Source: Desulfosudaceae bacterium
Lineage (GTDB): Bacteria; Desulfobacterota; Desulfobacteria; Desulfobacterales; Desulfosudaceae
Reading direction: 5' to 3'
Assembly: GCA_963674745.2 (NCBI GenBank)
Contig: CAXXDV010000003.1
Location: 2,592,001-2,656,000 of the forward strand
DNA: 64,000 bases
Part shown: positions 20,469 to 31,171 of the stretch, in pieces
How positions within the stretch are numbered: the stretch's first letter is position 1
Layout of the letters: every line of letters begins with the position of its first letter
Program-made: the position numbers and the translations under genes
Notes under the pieces: generated by a model
Seen by the model: only the letters and a program-made list of their open reading frames with translations
Database searches by the model: none
What the model was told of the DNA's origin: nothing

Positions 20469-21462
20469 GCCCCTGATTGAAGTCACCAACCTGAAAAAAC
20501 ATTTTCCGATTCACGGCGGCGTGTTTCTGCGTCGGAAAGGGGCCGTTTACGCGGTTGACGGAATTTCCTTTTCCATCGCCCCCGGTGAAAACCTGGGGCT
20601 GGTCGGTGAGTCCGGATGCGGTAAAACTACCGTGGGGCGCTGTCTGCTGAGACTTTATCGACCGACGGAGGGCCGCATTCTGTTTGACGGACAGGATATG
20701 GCAGGGCTTGACAGACCGGCCTTACGCCGACTGCGAAAACATATTCAGGCCATCTTCCAGGATCCGTTTGAATCGTTAAACCCGCGCCACACCGTGGGCC
20801 ATATCCTGGAAGAACCGTTTATCATCCATGGCCTGGGTGACCGCCGGCAACGCCGGGAACAGGTTACGCAGCTGCTGGACCGGGTCGGCCTGGCCCGGAA
20901 CGCCGCCGATCGGTTTCCCCATGAATTCAGCGGCGGCCAGCGTCAGCGGATCGGCATTGCCCGGGCCATTGCCTTGAACCCGCGTATGATCGTCTGCGAC
21001 GAACCGGTCTCAGCCCTGGATGTCTCCATCCAGTCCCAAATCCTGAACCTGCTCCTGGATTTGCAGCAGGAATACGGCTTTACCAGCCTGTTCATCGCCC
21101 ACGACCTGGCCGTTGTCAAGCACATATCAGACCATGTTGCCGTCATGTATCTGGGAAAAATCGTGGAATTTACCGACGCCGACACCATCTACCAGACCCC
21201 CCGGCATCCCTACACACAGGCCCTGATTTCAGCCATCCCCATCCCGGATCCGACCCGGAAAGCAGAAAAGCAGGTTCTGACCGGCGATGTCCCCTCACCA
21301 TCAGCCCCACCGGCCGGCTGTCGCTTTCACACCCGCTGCCCCTATGCGGTCGACCGCTGCCTTGAAAAAGAACCGGGGCTACGGGCCATCAACCCGACCA
21401 CCGAACCGGAACATCTGGTTGCCTGCCACCGGGTTGATGAACTGAGCCGGGACTTAAATTAA
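20455..21462 (+). CDS. Peptide ABC transporter ATPase (OppF/DppF-like)
   Basis: [33 protein letters not shown]. Confidence 0.95.
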   Translation: MQPVKPLIEVTNLKKHFPIHGGVFLRRKGAVYAVDGISFSIAPGENLGLVGESGCGKTTVGRCLLRLYRPTEGRILFDGQDMAGLDRPALRRLRKHIQAIFQDPFESLNPRHTVGHILEEPFIIHGLGDRRQRREQVTQLLDRVGLARNAADRFPHEFSGGQRQRIGIARAIALNPRMIVCDEPVSALDVSIQSQILNLLLDLQQEYGFTSLFIAHDLAVVKHISDHVAVMYLGKIVEFTDADTIYQTPRHPYTQALISAIPIPDPTRKAEKQVLTGDVPSPSAPPAGCRFHTRCPYAVDRCLEKEPGLRAINPTTEPEHLVACHRVDELSRDLN

Positions 21463-21491
21463 AATATATGACACCTATTATTATTCTGAAT

Positions 21492-22850
21492 CTATCTCAG
21501 GACGTCCGGAACATTGAGCATATTGCAGTAGATCGCTTCAGCTGCAATTGTATGGCCTATTTCATTTAAATGCGTATCATCATAATACCAAACAGACTTT
21601 TGTGATTCAATAAACACATCGCGGGAACCTTTTACTAAAAAGGGTTTCAAATCAATATAGTCGATCTTGTTATCCAGGCAATAATTGGTCAGTACTTCTG
21701 AAAAGCCTGACAGCGTTTCAACTATTGTCCCTGGTTCCACCCCCTCGGCAACCCATTGATAAACCTCTAACTTTGTCGGGAACAATACAATTTTCAACTC
21801 TAGCCCACGTTGCAGGCAGAACCCTTGCAACGCGCTCAGTGTTGACAGAAATTTTTTGAGCTTTGGATGAGAAAGGACCTCCTGCTTTGACCGGTTCGCC
21901 TGGTGTTTGTACAAATTATAAAATACCATTTTATGTGAATCAGAAAAATCACTTATGGTAAAAGCCGATTGATCAGGGGTCGCCGGGTTCCTTGCATGAT
22001 CCAGCTGCTGCTTTATCGGCGACCTGTTCTTAAAAGTCCGTAATGATGTTTTAAAGGCGGCTACCTGGCCAGCCGGAGGAAGTTCCGACAGATCGTTTGC
22101 TCTGTTCTTTGTTTCATCAAGATCATTTCCAGTAAAAAGTGTTAACAGGATGATCGTATCGGCTTTCAGGTTGAGTCGGTCATATTCAAGCTGCAAATTC
22201 ATAGAATGCTCCCAGAGCCCGCCCGGCAAAGAAAGGTTGTAAACCCCCAGGGCATATTGACTGGAAAGAAGGCTTGCCCAGGTAGCTGCCTGCGTGGTTC
22301 CATTTCCCACACCGAATGAATCACCCAGGACGATCACATTGATATCATGGGGAACGGCATCAGGGTCGTTCCTGAAGCCGAATTCGTCTGTTAAAAAGAT
22401 TACCTGCCGTTTTTCCTGAAGCGACTGAACACCGGACATGGCAGCCAGGTCTCCACAGACTTCTCCGGTATAAACGGCATTCGCCTTATAGCGACTCAGA
22501 TAAGGTCTTGATGGACAACGATTAATAAACCTGTCATGAGGACGGTAGTAAAGTGATCTGGGGGGATAAACTCTTAAAAAGATATCGACTAGTATGAACA
22601 GGGAAAAGGTTATCGTCACAACGAGCAAAATATTCACCGGCCATTCCAGTTTGGGATAAACCAGTAAACCCACGAACAACACGAACAGAATGACTGTAAA
22701 CGGTTCAAACAATCGAACCGGGAGGATGCCGAACAGCCAAAGTCCGATATTGGCCATTAGTGCCAGTATGAAAAGCAGAATCTTAATAGAAAGACGAATG
22801 TTCCGTGATTGTTTATCACTTTTATTACTTTTGTCTGCTTGTCCCGACAT
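21492..22850 (-). CDS. Membrane-anchored SGNH hydrolase-like protein (AlgJ/AlgX-like)
   Basis: Three N-terminal TMs, DEFGFRN, LGDSF, FTGND, DTHLNEIGH; visibly lower GC. Confidence 0.75.
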   Translation of the reverse strand: MSGQADKSNKSDKQSRNIRLSIKILLFILALMANIGLWLFGILPVRLFEPFTVILFVLFVGLLVYPKLEWPVNILLVVTITFSLFILVDIFLRVYPPRSLYYRPHDRFINRCPSRPYLSRYKANAVYTGEVCGDLAAMSGVQSLQEKRQVIFLTDEFGFRNDPDAVPHDINVIVLGDSFGVGNGTTQAATWASLLSSQYALGVYNLSLPGGLWEHSMNLQLEYDRLNLKADTIILLTLFTGNDLDETKNRANDLSELPPAGQVAAFKTSLRTFKNRSPIKQQLDHARNPATPDQSAFTISDFSDSHKMVFYNLYKHQANRSKQEVLSHPKLKKFLSTLSALQGFCLQRGLELKIVLFPTKLEVYQWVAEGVEPGTIVETLSGFSEVLTNYCLDNKIDYIDLKPFLVKGSRDVFIESQKSVWYYDDTHLNEIGHTIAAEAIYCNMLNVPDVLR

Positions 22851-22938
22851 TCAGTCTTCTTCTTTTCTTTTTGGGGATGAAAATGTAAATGAAAGACCGG
22901 ACGGGAGCAAGAAAAATAATAAGCGGTGCTGATGGACC

Positions 22939-24129
22939 TTATCGGCCGGCACCGGCCAGGGCCTGGTCCAGGTCGGCAATAATGTCTTCCACGTTTTCAA
23001 TGCCAACCGCGAAACGGATCAGCCCGTCCTTGATGCCAAGGGCTTCCCGTTCGGCCTTGGTCTTGTCATAATAACTGATGGTGGCCGGATGGGTGATCAG
23101 CGACTCAACGCCGCCCAGGCTGGGCCCGATACAGGCAATCTGAAGCCGGCTTAAAAAGTCCAGGACATAGTTCTTGTCATCTTTCACCTCAAAGGTTACC
23201 ACCGCGCCATAGCCTTTCATCTGGCGTCTGGCGACATCATGGTGTTGATGACTGGGCAGACCGGGATAATAGACACGCTCGACCTGGGGATGACGTTCAA
23301 GGTATTCGGCCACTTTCTGGCCGTTATGGTTGAGACGTTCCATGCGGACTTCGAACGTTTTCAACCCACGGATCAGCAGGTAGGCTGAATTGGGATCGAT
23401 CACGCCGCCGGTTATTTTCAGGTAGTCCCGAATCGGCTCGGTCAGTTCCGTGTTACCCAGTACCACCCCGCTTAGCAGGTCGTTATGTCCCCCCAGGTAC
23501 TTGGTGGCACTGTGAATGACGATGTCCACGCCGAACTCCAGCGGCCGCTGATTATAAGGGGTGGCAAAGGTGCTGTCTGAAATAACCAGTATGTTCCGCT
23601 TTTTGAAAATTCCCATCAGCCGTTCCAGGTCCATGATATTCAGGTAGGGATTGGTCGGGGACTCGGAAAAGAAGATACGGGTGTTGGGTTTAATGGCCTG
23701 TTCCATGGCCTCGTAATCACACATCTTGACAATGGTGCAATCGATATCAAAGCGATTCAGGCAGGTTTTGGCGAATTCCAAAGTTCGGCGATAGGCGTCA
23801 TCGGTAATAATGATATGGTCACCGGACCGGAGCAGGGCGAAAAGCGTGGTCGTAATCGCGCTCATTCCGGACGAGAAAAGGATGGCGTTCTCGGCCTCTT
23901 CGATGGCCGCCAGTTTTTTTTCTGCTGCCACTTCTGTGGGATGACCGTACCGGCCGTATTCAAACCGGCCCATGGCACCGTCGGCGAGTTTTTTTATTTC
24001 TTCAATCCCTTTGAATATAAAAGTAGATGTCTGGACAATCGGCGTTGTTACGGCACCGTATTCATTGTAGCGGACTTCGCCGGCTCGAACCGACCGTGTT
24101 GACAACCCCTGTTTTTTACTGTTCTCCAT
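22939..24129 (-). CDS. PLP-dependent transsulfuration enzyme (cystathionine gamma-synthase-like)
   Basis: YGRYGHPT, FSSGMSA, ESPTNP, HSATKYLGGHND, SLGGVESL. Confidence 0.92.
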   Translation of the reverse strand: MENSKKQGLSTRSVRAGEVRYNEYGAVTTPIVQTSTFIFKGIEEIKKLADGAMGRFEYGRYGHPTEVAAEKKLAAIEEAENAILFSSGMSAITTTLFALLRSGDHIIITDDAYRRTLEFAKTCLNRFDIDCTIVKMCDYEAMEQAIKPNTRIFFSESPTNPYLNIMDLERLMGIFKKRNILVISDSTFATPYNQRPLEFGVDIVIHSATKYLGGHNDLLSGVVLGNTELTEPIRDYLKITGGVIDPNSAYLLIRGLKTFEVRMERLNHNGQKVAEYLERHPQVERVYYPGLPSHQHHDVARRQMKGYGAVVTFEVKDDKNYVLDFLSRLQIACIGPSLGGVESLITHPATISYYDKTKAEREALGIKDGLIRFAVGIENVEDIIADLDQALAGAGR

Positions 24130-24243
24130 CAGAAGCCCCCTTTTCCGAACCGCCAGACCTTTTTTCCGGCATTTCCTGCTGAATGGTAAAGATATCAATC
24201 TCTGTGTGACAAGAGATATATATATAACCGATAAAGATCCACC

Positions 24244-27168
24244 TCAAGGATTATTTCCATTCGCGGCCCGGGGTTTAACAATAATGGTCGCGCTTTGGGA
24301 CACATCAAGGTATTTTTGCGCCAGCTGTATCATCTCATCGGTCGTTATTGCTTGATAATCGCTCAAAAAATTCCGGCACCAATCCAGGCGTTCCGGATGT
24401 GCCCGGCAACCGGACAACACGCTTCCCAACCAGTAATTGTTGGTCTTCACAAGCTCCTGAATGCCGGTCAGAACCGGTTCCCGGGCCCTGGCCATCTCGT
24501 CTTTGGTAAGGCCGTTTTGCCTGACATCCTCGGCGATGGACCGGATGGCGGCAATCACCGACCGGTCTTCCCCCGGTTTAATTTGAGCCGCGGCATGGAA
24601 AACGCCGTAGCCGGGATAAGCCAGGGAGGCATCATGATAGGCATACTGGCTGTAAGACTGCCCTGCGTCCTCGCGGATGATCACCCGCATGCGATCTGAA
24701 AAAATACGGGACAGCATCATCAGCCGACGCGTGCGTCGGATGTCCCAGAAATCGTCCGTCGGCCAGGCCACTTCAACATAGGCCTTGGCAATTTCGGTGG
24801 GAACGGTCAGCTCTTTTGTTTCACCGGCCGGAACAAACGGCGCCGGCCGTGAAGTCTCTGACCGGCCCTGATTGACCGCCATATCCATGCCACCAAAATA
24901 AAGCGCCGCGGCATCCTTCACCTGCCGCGGATCAAAGTCACCCACAATTGATATTTCCGGTTTTGACTGCCGTAACGCGGTTTTTATCCAGTCGCGGATC
25001 TCATCCAGCGAAACTTTTTCAAAAGCGCCGTAATCGGCCGGCCATCCAAAACGGGAATCTCCACCGGCCAGGAACCGGTCGCCCTCAAGCAACATCGCAC
25101 CGGAAATGGTATGGGTCTTTTCTTCATAGTCTTGCCGAAAACGCTCAAGACTCAGACGATAGGCGTCTTCCCGGCATGTCCAGTCATTATAGAAAGTGTA
25201 AAAAAGCTGAAACAGCAGGCGGACTTCATCAGAAGCGCAGCTGCCGGTCAACAGGAACCGGTCCTGATCAACGGAAAATGAGACACCGGCTTTCTTTCCG
25301 GCCAGGGCCAGGCGAAGGTCTTCTTTTTTCATCTGCCCGAAACCGCTTTCATTCAACGTTTGCGCGCCCAGTTCACACAGGGCCGGCTGATCCGCCGGCT
25401 CGGTTGACTCGCCGTATCCGAACCGCAGTTCGGCCACAACCTGGTTGGCTTTAAAATCGGTTTTCTTGAAATTCAAACGGACGTCGTTTTCAAAATCGAT
25501 CCGGGTAACACCGATATCCGGGTCTTCAATTTCCCGGACCACACGTCCTTTTTTCTGCGGGTCCGGAAGATATGGGAACTGTCGTGTCTCTTTTTCATCC
25601 GGTTTCCGGACGATTGCTTTGCGGCTTTTCTGCCATACAGAACGAATGGTGTCTTCAGGTTGGCCGGGCCCTTCAATCCGGACATTGCCGGTAACCAGAA
25701 CCAATCGGGCCTCAGGCGCCCAGGTTTTCTCAAATACCTTCAGCAGCAATTCCGGGGTCAAGGATCGGGCCACCGGTGCCAGCAGCGCCCGTTCCTGTTG
25801 CGGGGACTGAAAAACCTGATCCAGGGCCAGGTTCATCATTATCCGCGAGGCCAGTTTGCTGCTCTGCCGCGTATCGGCCTGCAGAACGGCCCGGTCCATT
25901 TCCGCCAGCACCTCCCGTTTGGCCCGTTCGACTTCCGACCGGGTAAACCCGTATGTCCGCACGGACCTTAACACTTTTTCCACCGCCGCCAGGGCCTGTT
26001 CCCATTTTTCCGGGACGGTGTTGGCATAAATAGACGCATAAGAATAATATTTCAGGGCGCCGCCGGCCGAGGCAGAAGCGGAAGTAAATGGCGGGTCCGG
26101 TTTTTCTTTTAACTCATCTAAGCGATAATTCACGATCCGGTAAGCCATGTTCCGTAAAAAGCGCTCTTTTTTAGCTTCCGCGGAATCCGGGGGCTGAGGC
26201 GCCTGTATCAGGGTTTCCAGGGTCACTTCCGTGCTGCCGGCCTCTGCTTCATGATGATAAAGAAAAGATACACCGTCATGGTCGGTATGACCGACGTCCG
26301 GAACCGGACGGGACCCACCTCTGGGACGCATGTCCGCAAACGCCCCGGCGATTTCTTCAACAGCCGTTTCCGGATCAAATTCCCCGACCACGACCAGGGT
26401 CATCCGTTCCGGACGGTACCAGGTATCATAATAGGATTTAAGACGGTCGGATCCGGCAACATCGAGGACCGCTTCGATCCCGATGGGATATCGCCGGATC
26501 AGCCTGGAACCTTCCAGCTCGAAATCCAGCGTAGCTTTAAACGTCCGGTACGACACGGAATCCCGGGTCCGTTTTTCGGCCAGGATGATGCCGCGCTCCT
26601 TGTCCACCTCGGATTCCAGAAGCAGTGCGCCCTCGGCATAATCCGTCATCACCAGCAGCCCCTGCCGCAGATGGTCCACATCTCCGGAAGGCAGATGCAG
26701 GTCATACACGGTCCTGTAAAAACCGGTATGGGCGTTGACATCGTTGCCGAAACCCATGCCGATGGACTGGAAATATTTAACCAGCTCTCCGGGAGGGTAA
26801 TGGGTCGTGCCGTTAAAGAGCATGTGCTCCAGGTAATGCGCCAACCCCTGCTGCTCATCGGTCTCATGAAAGGAACCGGCTTCAACCACCAGGTGCATGT
26901 CAACCCGGTCCTCAGGCCGGTTGTTTTTCATCAGCACATATTTGAAACCGTTTTCCAGCTCCCCGGTCTTTAGTGCCGGATCCGGCAGAAGATCACCGGT
27001 TTCCGGAACAAAAGCCTCAACACGGTCTTGCCGGGAAGAATTGAACAGACACCCGGACATGACCGCAAAAACGGCCATAAAAGCACACATTACCAGGACC
27101 GGGGAAAACCGGCCGGTGATAAATCGTTCTTTTTCAAACACTTGCCTCATATTAAATTTCCTTAACAT
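24244..27168 (-). CDS. M16 (insulinase/PqqL-like) zinc peptidase, probably a lipoprotein
   Basis: GLAHYLEHMLFNGT (HxxEH), NAHTGF, duplicated M16 halves. Confidence 0.93.
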   Translation of the reverse strand: MLRKFNMRQVFEKERFITGRFSPVLVMCAFMAVFAVMSGCLFNSSRQDRVEAFVPETGDLLPDPALKTGELENGFKYVLMKNNRPEDRVDMHLVVEAGSFHETDEQQGLAHYLEHMLFNGTTHYPPGELVKYFQSIGMGFGNDVNAHTGFYRTVYDLHLPSGDVDHLRQGLLVMTDYAEGALLLESEVDKERGIILAEKRTRDSVSYRTFKATLDFELEGSRLIRRYPIGIEAVLDVAGSDRLKSYYDTWYRPERMTLVVVGEFDPETAVEEIAGAFADMRPRGGSRPVPDVGHTDHDGVSFLYHHEAEAGSTEVTLETLIQAPQPPDSAEAKKERFLRNMAYRIVNYRLDELKEKPDPPFTSASASAGGALKYYSYASIYANTVPEKWEQALAAVEKVLRSVRTYGFTRSEVERAKREVLAEMDRAVLQADTRQSSKLASRIMMNLALDQVFQSPQQERALLAPVARSLTPELLLKVFEKTWAPEARLVLVTGNVRIEGPGQPEDTIRSVWQKSRKAIVRKPDEKETRQFPYLPDPQKKGRVVREIEDPDIGVTRIDFENDVRLNFKKTDFKANQVVAELRFGYGESTEPADQPALCELGAQTLNESGFGQMKKEDLRLALAGKKAGVSFSVDQDRFLLTGSCASDEVRLLFQLFYTFYNDWTCREDAYRLSLERFRQDYEEKTHTISGAMLLEGDRFLAGGDSRFGWPADYGAFEKVSLDEIRDWIKTALRQSKPEISIVGDFDPRQVKDAAALYFGGMDMAVNQGRSETSRPAPFVPAGETKELTVPTEIAKAYVEVAWPTDDFWDIRRTRRLMMLSRIFSDRMRVIIREDAGQSYSQYAYHDASLAYPGYGVFHAAAQIKPGEDRSVIAAIRSIAEDVRQNGLTKDEMARAREPVLTGIQELVKTNNYWLGSVLSGCRAHPERLDWCRNFLSDYQAITTDEMIQLAQKYLDVSQSATIIVKPRAANGNNP

Positions 27169-27222
27169 CTCACCGACTCACCCGTTTAACCCCGGCCCTT
27201 TATCCACATAACCATGACAAAA

Positions 27223-27246
27223 GGGCACGGCACGCCGTGCCCCTAC
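27223..27246 (-). repeat. GTAG-type REP palindrome
   Basis: Reverse strand GTAGGGGCACGGCGTGCCGTGCCC. Confidence 0.8.
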
Positions 27247-27266
27247 AACATTTTCGATCGACCGGA

Positions 27267-27322
27267 GAACCCAGAACCCAGAACCCAGAACCTCGAACCC
27301 CGAACCCCGAACCCCGAACCTA
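27267..27322 (+). repeat. 7-bp tandem array GAACCYN x8
   Basis: gaaccca x3, gaacctc, gaacccc x3, gaaccta. Confidence 0.9.
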
Positions 27323-27610
27323 TATCGCATCCAGCTCATCAAACATTTCAATCACCGGTGGCTCGGCCAGCAGCGGCTCCAGTGCTTTGAAAGACTGCTT
27401 AAAATAATCGGTCGAACTGTGAGCCACCAGGGCCTCGGCACCGGTGTATTTCTCATAAAACAGAAAAACCGAGGGATCCTGCTGGAGTCGGTTGAGGGTA
27501 TAGACCAGGGTACCTTCCTCGTTTCTCACGTTGGGGATCAACCCTTTTAAAATATTCGCCATTTCATCTTCTTTACCTTTTTGGGCCTTTAATCTGGCAA
27601 CGACAACCAT
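27320..27610 (-). CDS. ABM-family (putative quinol) monooxygenase
   Basis: EEGTLVYTL, FLFYEKY, ALVAH; 96 aa. Confidence 0.88.
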   Translation of the reverse strand: MVVVARLKAQKGKEDEMANILKGLIPNVRNEEGTLVYTLNRLQQDPSVFLFYEKYTGAEALVAHSSTDYFKQSFKALEPLLAEPPVIEMFDELDAI

Positions 27611-27791
27611 GAGGTTCTCCTTTCTGAATGATAATTATAATTCTAAAATGATAATAAACAACCGGACAAAGAGTGAGCGTCTTGCAATTTTACGTATAAT
27701 GATTCAATAATGACAATTAACAGGATTAATCATTTATGTAATATAAGACAAAAATGGATAAAAATAAACGTCTTTGGCAGGGAATTGAAAT

Positions 27792-28775
27792 ATGACAATG
27801 CTCAGCGTCCACCACACGCCGGGTAAACACTGCGGCAGTACCGGTATCCGCGATCTGGTCAACTTTCACGGGCTTGATTTTGACGAACCCATGTGCTTTG
27901 GCATCGGCGCGGGCATGGGGATCTGGTACTTGAAACAAAAGGGCCTGCCGGCCACCCGGATGATTCATGTCCGTTCCCTTGACCTGGAACATCAGTTTTT
28001 CACCCGCATCGGCATGCCTTTCGCGTGGACGTACTATGAAACCCCTGAAGAAAGTGAAACCGACCTGCTGGCCTGCCTGGACAGGGGGCTTCCCGCCATT
28101 ATCCAGAGTGATATTTATCACCTGCCCTACTATCAATCCAGCACCCATTTTCCCGGCCACCTGATCACCGTTTGGGGATATGACGCGCAACGCCGGGTGT
28201 TTTTCGTCACGGACACCGAGCGCCCTGATGTCCAGGAGGTCCCGTTTGAAAGCATGAAAGCCGCCCGTTTTTCAGGGGGTGGTATTTTTGACCTTCGGGG
28301 CAACCTGTTCGCACCGTCATCCATATCGCCGCCGGCTGATCTGCCGGGGGTTATCCGGCAGGTCATTTCTTTTAACAGCCGCGTCCTGCTCGATGACAGC
28401 CATGACATGCAGGGGCTTGCCGCCCTGGACGCCTGGCACGAGGAACTGGACGCCTGGCCTGATTTTGAAGACTGGCAGTGGACGGCCCGCCTGGCCTACC
28501 AGATCATTGAAAAACGCGGTACCGGCGGCGGCGGTTTCCGGCTGATGTACCGGGATTTTCTCTCCCGCAGCCGGTCATATCTGCCGGATCTTATTTCCAT
28601 GGAACTGATAGACGGCATGGATCAATCGGCGTCGGCCTGGACGGCCCTGGCCGACGCCCTGAAAGCCGCCTCGGAGAACGGCAGGCCGGATTTTTCCGCC
28701 GTTAAAAACAGACTGCGGACGGTCAGGGACCATGAAACCGCTTTTCATGAAGCGGCTGTTAAACTTGATGCCTGA
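27792..28775 (+). CDS. BtrH N-terminal domain / DUF4872 protein (papain-like fold)
   Basis: GKHCGST, EPMCFGIGAG, LPYY...HFPGH...GYD, GTGGGGFRLMYRDFL. Confidence 0.8.
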   Translation: MTMLSVHHTPGKHCGSTGIRDLVNFHGLDFDEPMCFGIGAGMGIWYLKQKGLPATRMIHVRSLDLEHQFFTRIGMPFAWTYYETPEESETDLLACLDRGLPAIIQSDIYHLPYYQSSTHFPGHLITVWGYDAQRRVFFVTDTERPDVQEVPFESMKAARFSGGGIFDLRGNLFAPSSISPPADLPGVIRQVISFNSRVLLDDSHDMQGLAALDAWHEELDAWPDFEDWQWTARLAYQIIEKRGTGGGGFRLMYRDFLSRSRSYLPDLISMELIDGMDQSASAWTALADALKAASENGRPDFSAVKNRLRTVRDHETAFHEAAVKLDA

Positions 28776-29232
28776 CAATAACGGCCGGGCAGAAGAAAAA
28801 GGATGGGCCATGCCGACACAACTGCCTGCACCCTCTGTCAGCCGAATCGCCTTAACCGCGCTTGCTTATGCACTGGCTGTTTTATTGGGCGAATTGACCT
28901 TCGGAAACCCGGTTTTTCCGATAACCATCTGGTATTTTGAAACGCTTCCGGCCTGGCAGTGGAGTTTGCCCGTTCACCTGGCCGGGTTCATCTGGCTGGT
29001 GTCCATCAACCGGTTTTTTTTGAACTATTCCAAGGCCTTGCCGATAATTGCGACCACCCTGTTCTTCTTCATCGGTGAAACCCTCAACTGGTATTTCTGG
29101 GACTTTTTCACTTACGCCGGCGACCTTGCCTGGCATAAAGCCCTGTCCTTCTGGACGGTGATCCTCATGTACGCCGGTCTTTGCACCGGCGCTGTACTTT
29201 TATTAAGAATACCAGAAAAGGAAAACCCTTGA
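28768..29232 (+). CDS. Small multi-pass membrane protein
   Basis: About four hydrophobic segments; start uncertain (28768 or 28810). Confidence 0.65.
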   Translation: MPDNNGRAEEKGWAMPTQLPAPSVSRIALTALAYALAVLLGELTFGNPVFPITIWYFETLPAWQWSLPVHLAGFIWLVSINRFFLNYSKALPIIATTLFFFIGETLNWYFWDFFTYAGDLAWHKALSFWTVILMYAGLCTGAVLLLRIPEKENP

Positions 29233-29263
29233 CGCACCGACCGGCCCGCTATATGTAACGGCC

Positions 29264-30139
29264 ATGTCGAAAACCAAAGGCCACCAAAGGGCAGCAAACC
29301 CGGAGCTGGATGAACTTGACCGCCGGACACCCGGAGGGGTCTATCTTTGCCAGGTCAGCGCCACGGTTTCCTGCGGTGCCTGCTGCGGCCTTTATAACGT
29401 CAACGACCTTTCCCGTGAGGCACTGACCCGGATGCTGGAAGACCGGACCGGCCGGTTTGCCCGGGTACCGCGGTCCATCGAAGCCATTGACGACTTTGCC
29501 GGTGAAACTTTCTTTCGTACCGAAGGGCAAAAACGCCCCATACCGGATTTCCACCACTGCCCGTTTCTGGGCCTGATAAGCCCCGGAAACTGTACTGTCG
29601 GTTGTCTGCTCCACCCGCTGGCCCAGGGCAATGACGGTGTTGACTGGCGGGGATTAAGCTACTACGGCGCTTTTGCCTGCGCCACCTATTTCTGCCCGAC
29701 CTGTCACCAACTTGCGCCGGGACACAAGCGCCTGATCCGGCAGGCGGCGGATAACTGGTATGACTACGGCCTGATGATTACCGAATCCGATATGCTGGCC
29801 ACGTTCCTGGACCGGGTGGAAAACCGGCTGGGGCAATCACTGGACGGACAACACATTGAACTGCGGCCAGAAGCACTAGACGCCCTCCGGCATTTTCTGG
29901 CCATCAAAACGACCTGGCCTTTCCGCGATCCGGACCGGTTCCGGGGGGCCAATTTTTTCTTTAACAAGGAGGAAAACCAGCCGCCGCCCATTGATTCCCA
30001 ACGTTCGGGGGGAGAAGGATCCGACTGGACGCCGGTTCTGAACGCGCTATGGTCAAAGCTGCCCGATCTAACGGCCTTGCGCGAAGCCGAATCGCACCTT
30101 AACCGCATGGCCGACGATATGGCCACGGCCCTTTCTTAA
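29264..30139 (+). CDS. Cys-rich hypothetical protein (probable Fe-S or Zn binding)
   Basis: SCGACCGLYN, CPFLG, GCLLHP, ACATYFCPTC. Confidence 0.75.
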   Translation: MSKTKGHQRAANPELDELDRRTPGGVYLCQVSATVSCGACCGLYNVNDLSREALTRMLEDRTGRFARVPRSIEAIDDFAGETFFRTEGQKRPIPDFHHCPFLGLISPGNCTVGCLLHPLAQGNDGVDWRGLSYYGAFACATYFCPTCHQLAPGHKRLIRQAADNWYDYGLMITESDMLATFLDRVENRLGQSLDGQHIELRPEALDALRHFLAIKTTWPFRDPDRFRGANFFFNKEENQPPPIDSQRSGGEGSDWTPVLNALWSKLPDLTALREAESHLNRMADDMATALS

Positions 30140-30313
30140 TGGTTAAACTCCCAAGTAGTTATAGTATATGGATTGCATAATTTTCAGTTCAGACAAAGGT
30201 CTTGGAAGGGCCAAGGGTTCAGTGACTTGAAACCGACTTTTGGTCGTGATATCAATAAAAAGTTTTTCTGCGCTTGTGCAAAAATGAATTTTTAGCCGAA
30301 AGGGGTATGGGGC

Positions 30314-31171
30314 ATGAAATCTGTTTTAATTACCGGGGCGTCCACGGGTATCGGCCGGGAATGCGCGATCGACCTTTCCCGGGCCGGCTGGCGCGTGTTT
30401 GCCGGTGTCCGAAAAACCCAAGACGGAGAAGCGCTGCGAACCACATCCGGTGACAGCGTTGTTCCCGTAATTCTGGATGTGACCGACGATAAAAGTATTC
30501 AGCAGGCGGCCGCAACCGTTGAAGAACAACTGTCCGGAAGCGGACTTGACGGCCTGGTCAACAATGCCGGCATAACCGTTCAGGGTCCCCTTGAATTCGT
30601 GCCATTGGCCATGTTCGATCAGCAATTTCAGGTGAATGTCATCGGCCAGCTGGCCGTAACCCAGGCTTTTCTGCCGCTGATTCGCAAAAACCGGGGCAGG
30701 ATCGTATTTATGGGGTCTGAGAGCGGACGGTTCACGCTGCCCCTGCTGGGACCTTACTCGGCATCCAAGTTCGCCTTAGAAGCGGTTGCCACCGCCCTGC
30801 GCCTTGAGCTGAAACCCGCCGGCATCCGGGTCGCGCTGATGGAACCGGGAAGTGCCAAAACCAGGATCTGGGACAAGGCGACTGAAAACAGCGGCCGGAT
30901 CATCAACGCCATGCCGGAGCAGGCCCGGCAGCTATACGCTTCGGAGCTGGCACTTTTGTCCAAACTGCCGGCGCGGATGAACAAAATGGCCTTTTCTCCG
31001 AAAAAGGTGTCAAAAGCCGTGATTCATGCCCTGACCGCCGATCGGCCTAAAATCCGGTATGTTATCGGTTCGGAAGCAAAAATGATGGTGCTTTTCTACC
31101 ACCTGACGCCGGCGCGGATAACCGACTGGATGACCTTAAGAATTATGGGCCTGATGAAACGTTTCCTTTAA
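30314..31171 (+). CDS. Short-chain dehydrogenase/reductase
   Basis: TGASTGIG, NNAG, YSASK. Confidence 0.95.
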   Translation: MKSVLITGASTGIGRECAIDLSRAGWRVFAGVRKTQDGEALRTTSGDSVVPVILDVTDDKSIQQAAATVEEQLSGSGLDGLVNNAGITVQGPLEFVPLAMFDQQFQVNVIGQLAVTQAFLPLIRKNRGRIVFMGSESGRFTLPLLGPYSASKFALEAVATALRLELKPAGIRVALMEPGSAKTRIWDKATENSGRIINAMPEQARQLYASELALLSKLPARMNKMAFSPKKVSKAVIHALTADRPKIRYVIGSEAKMMVLFYHLTPARITDWMTLRIMGLMKRFL

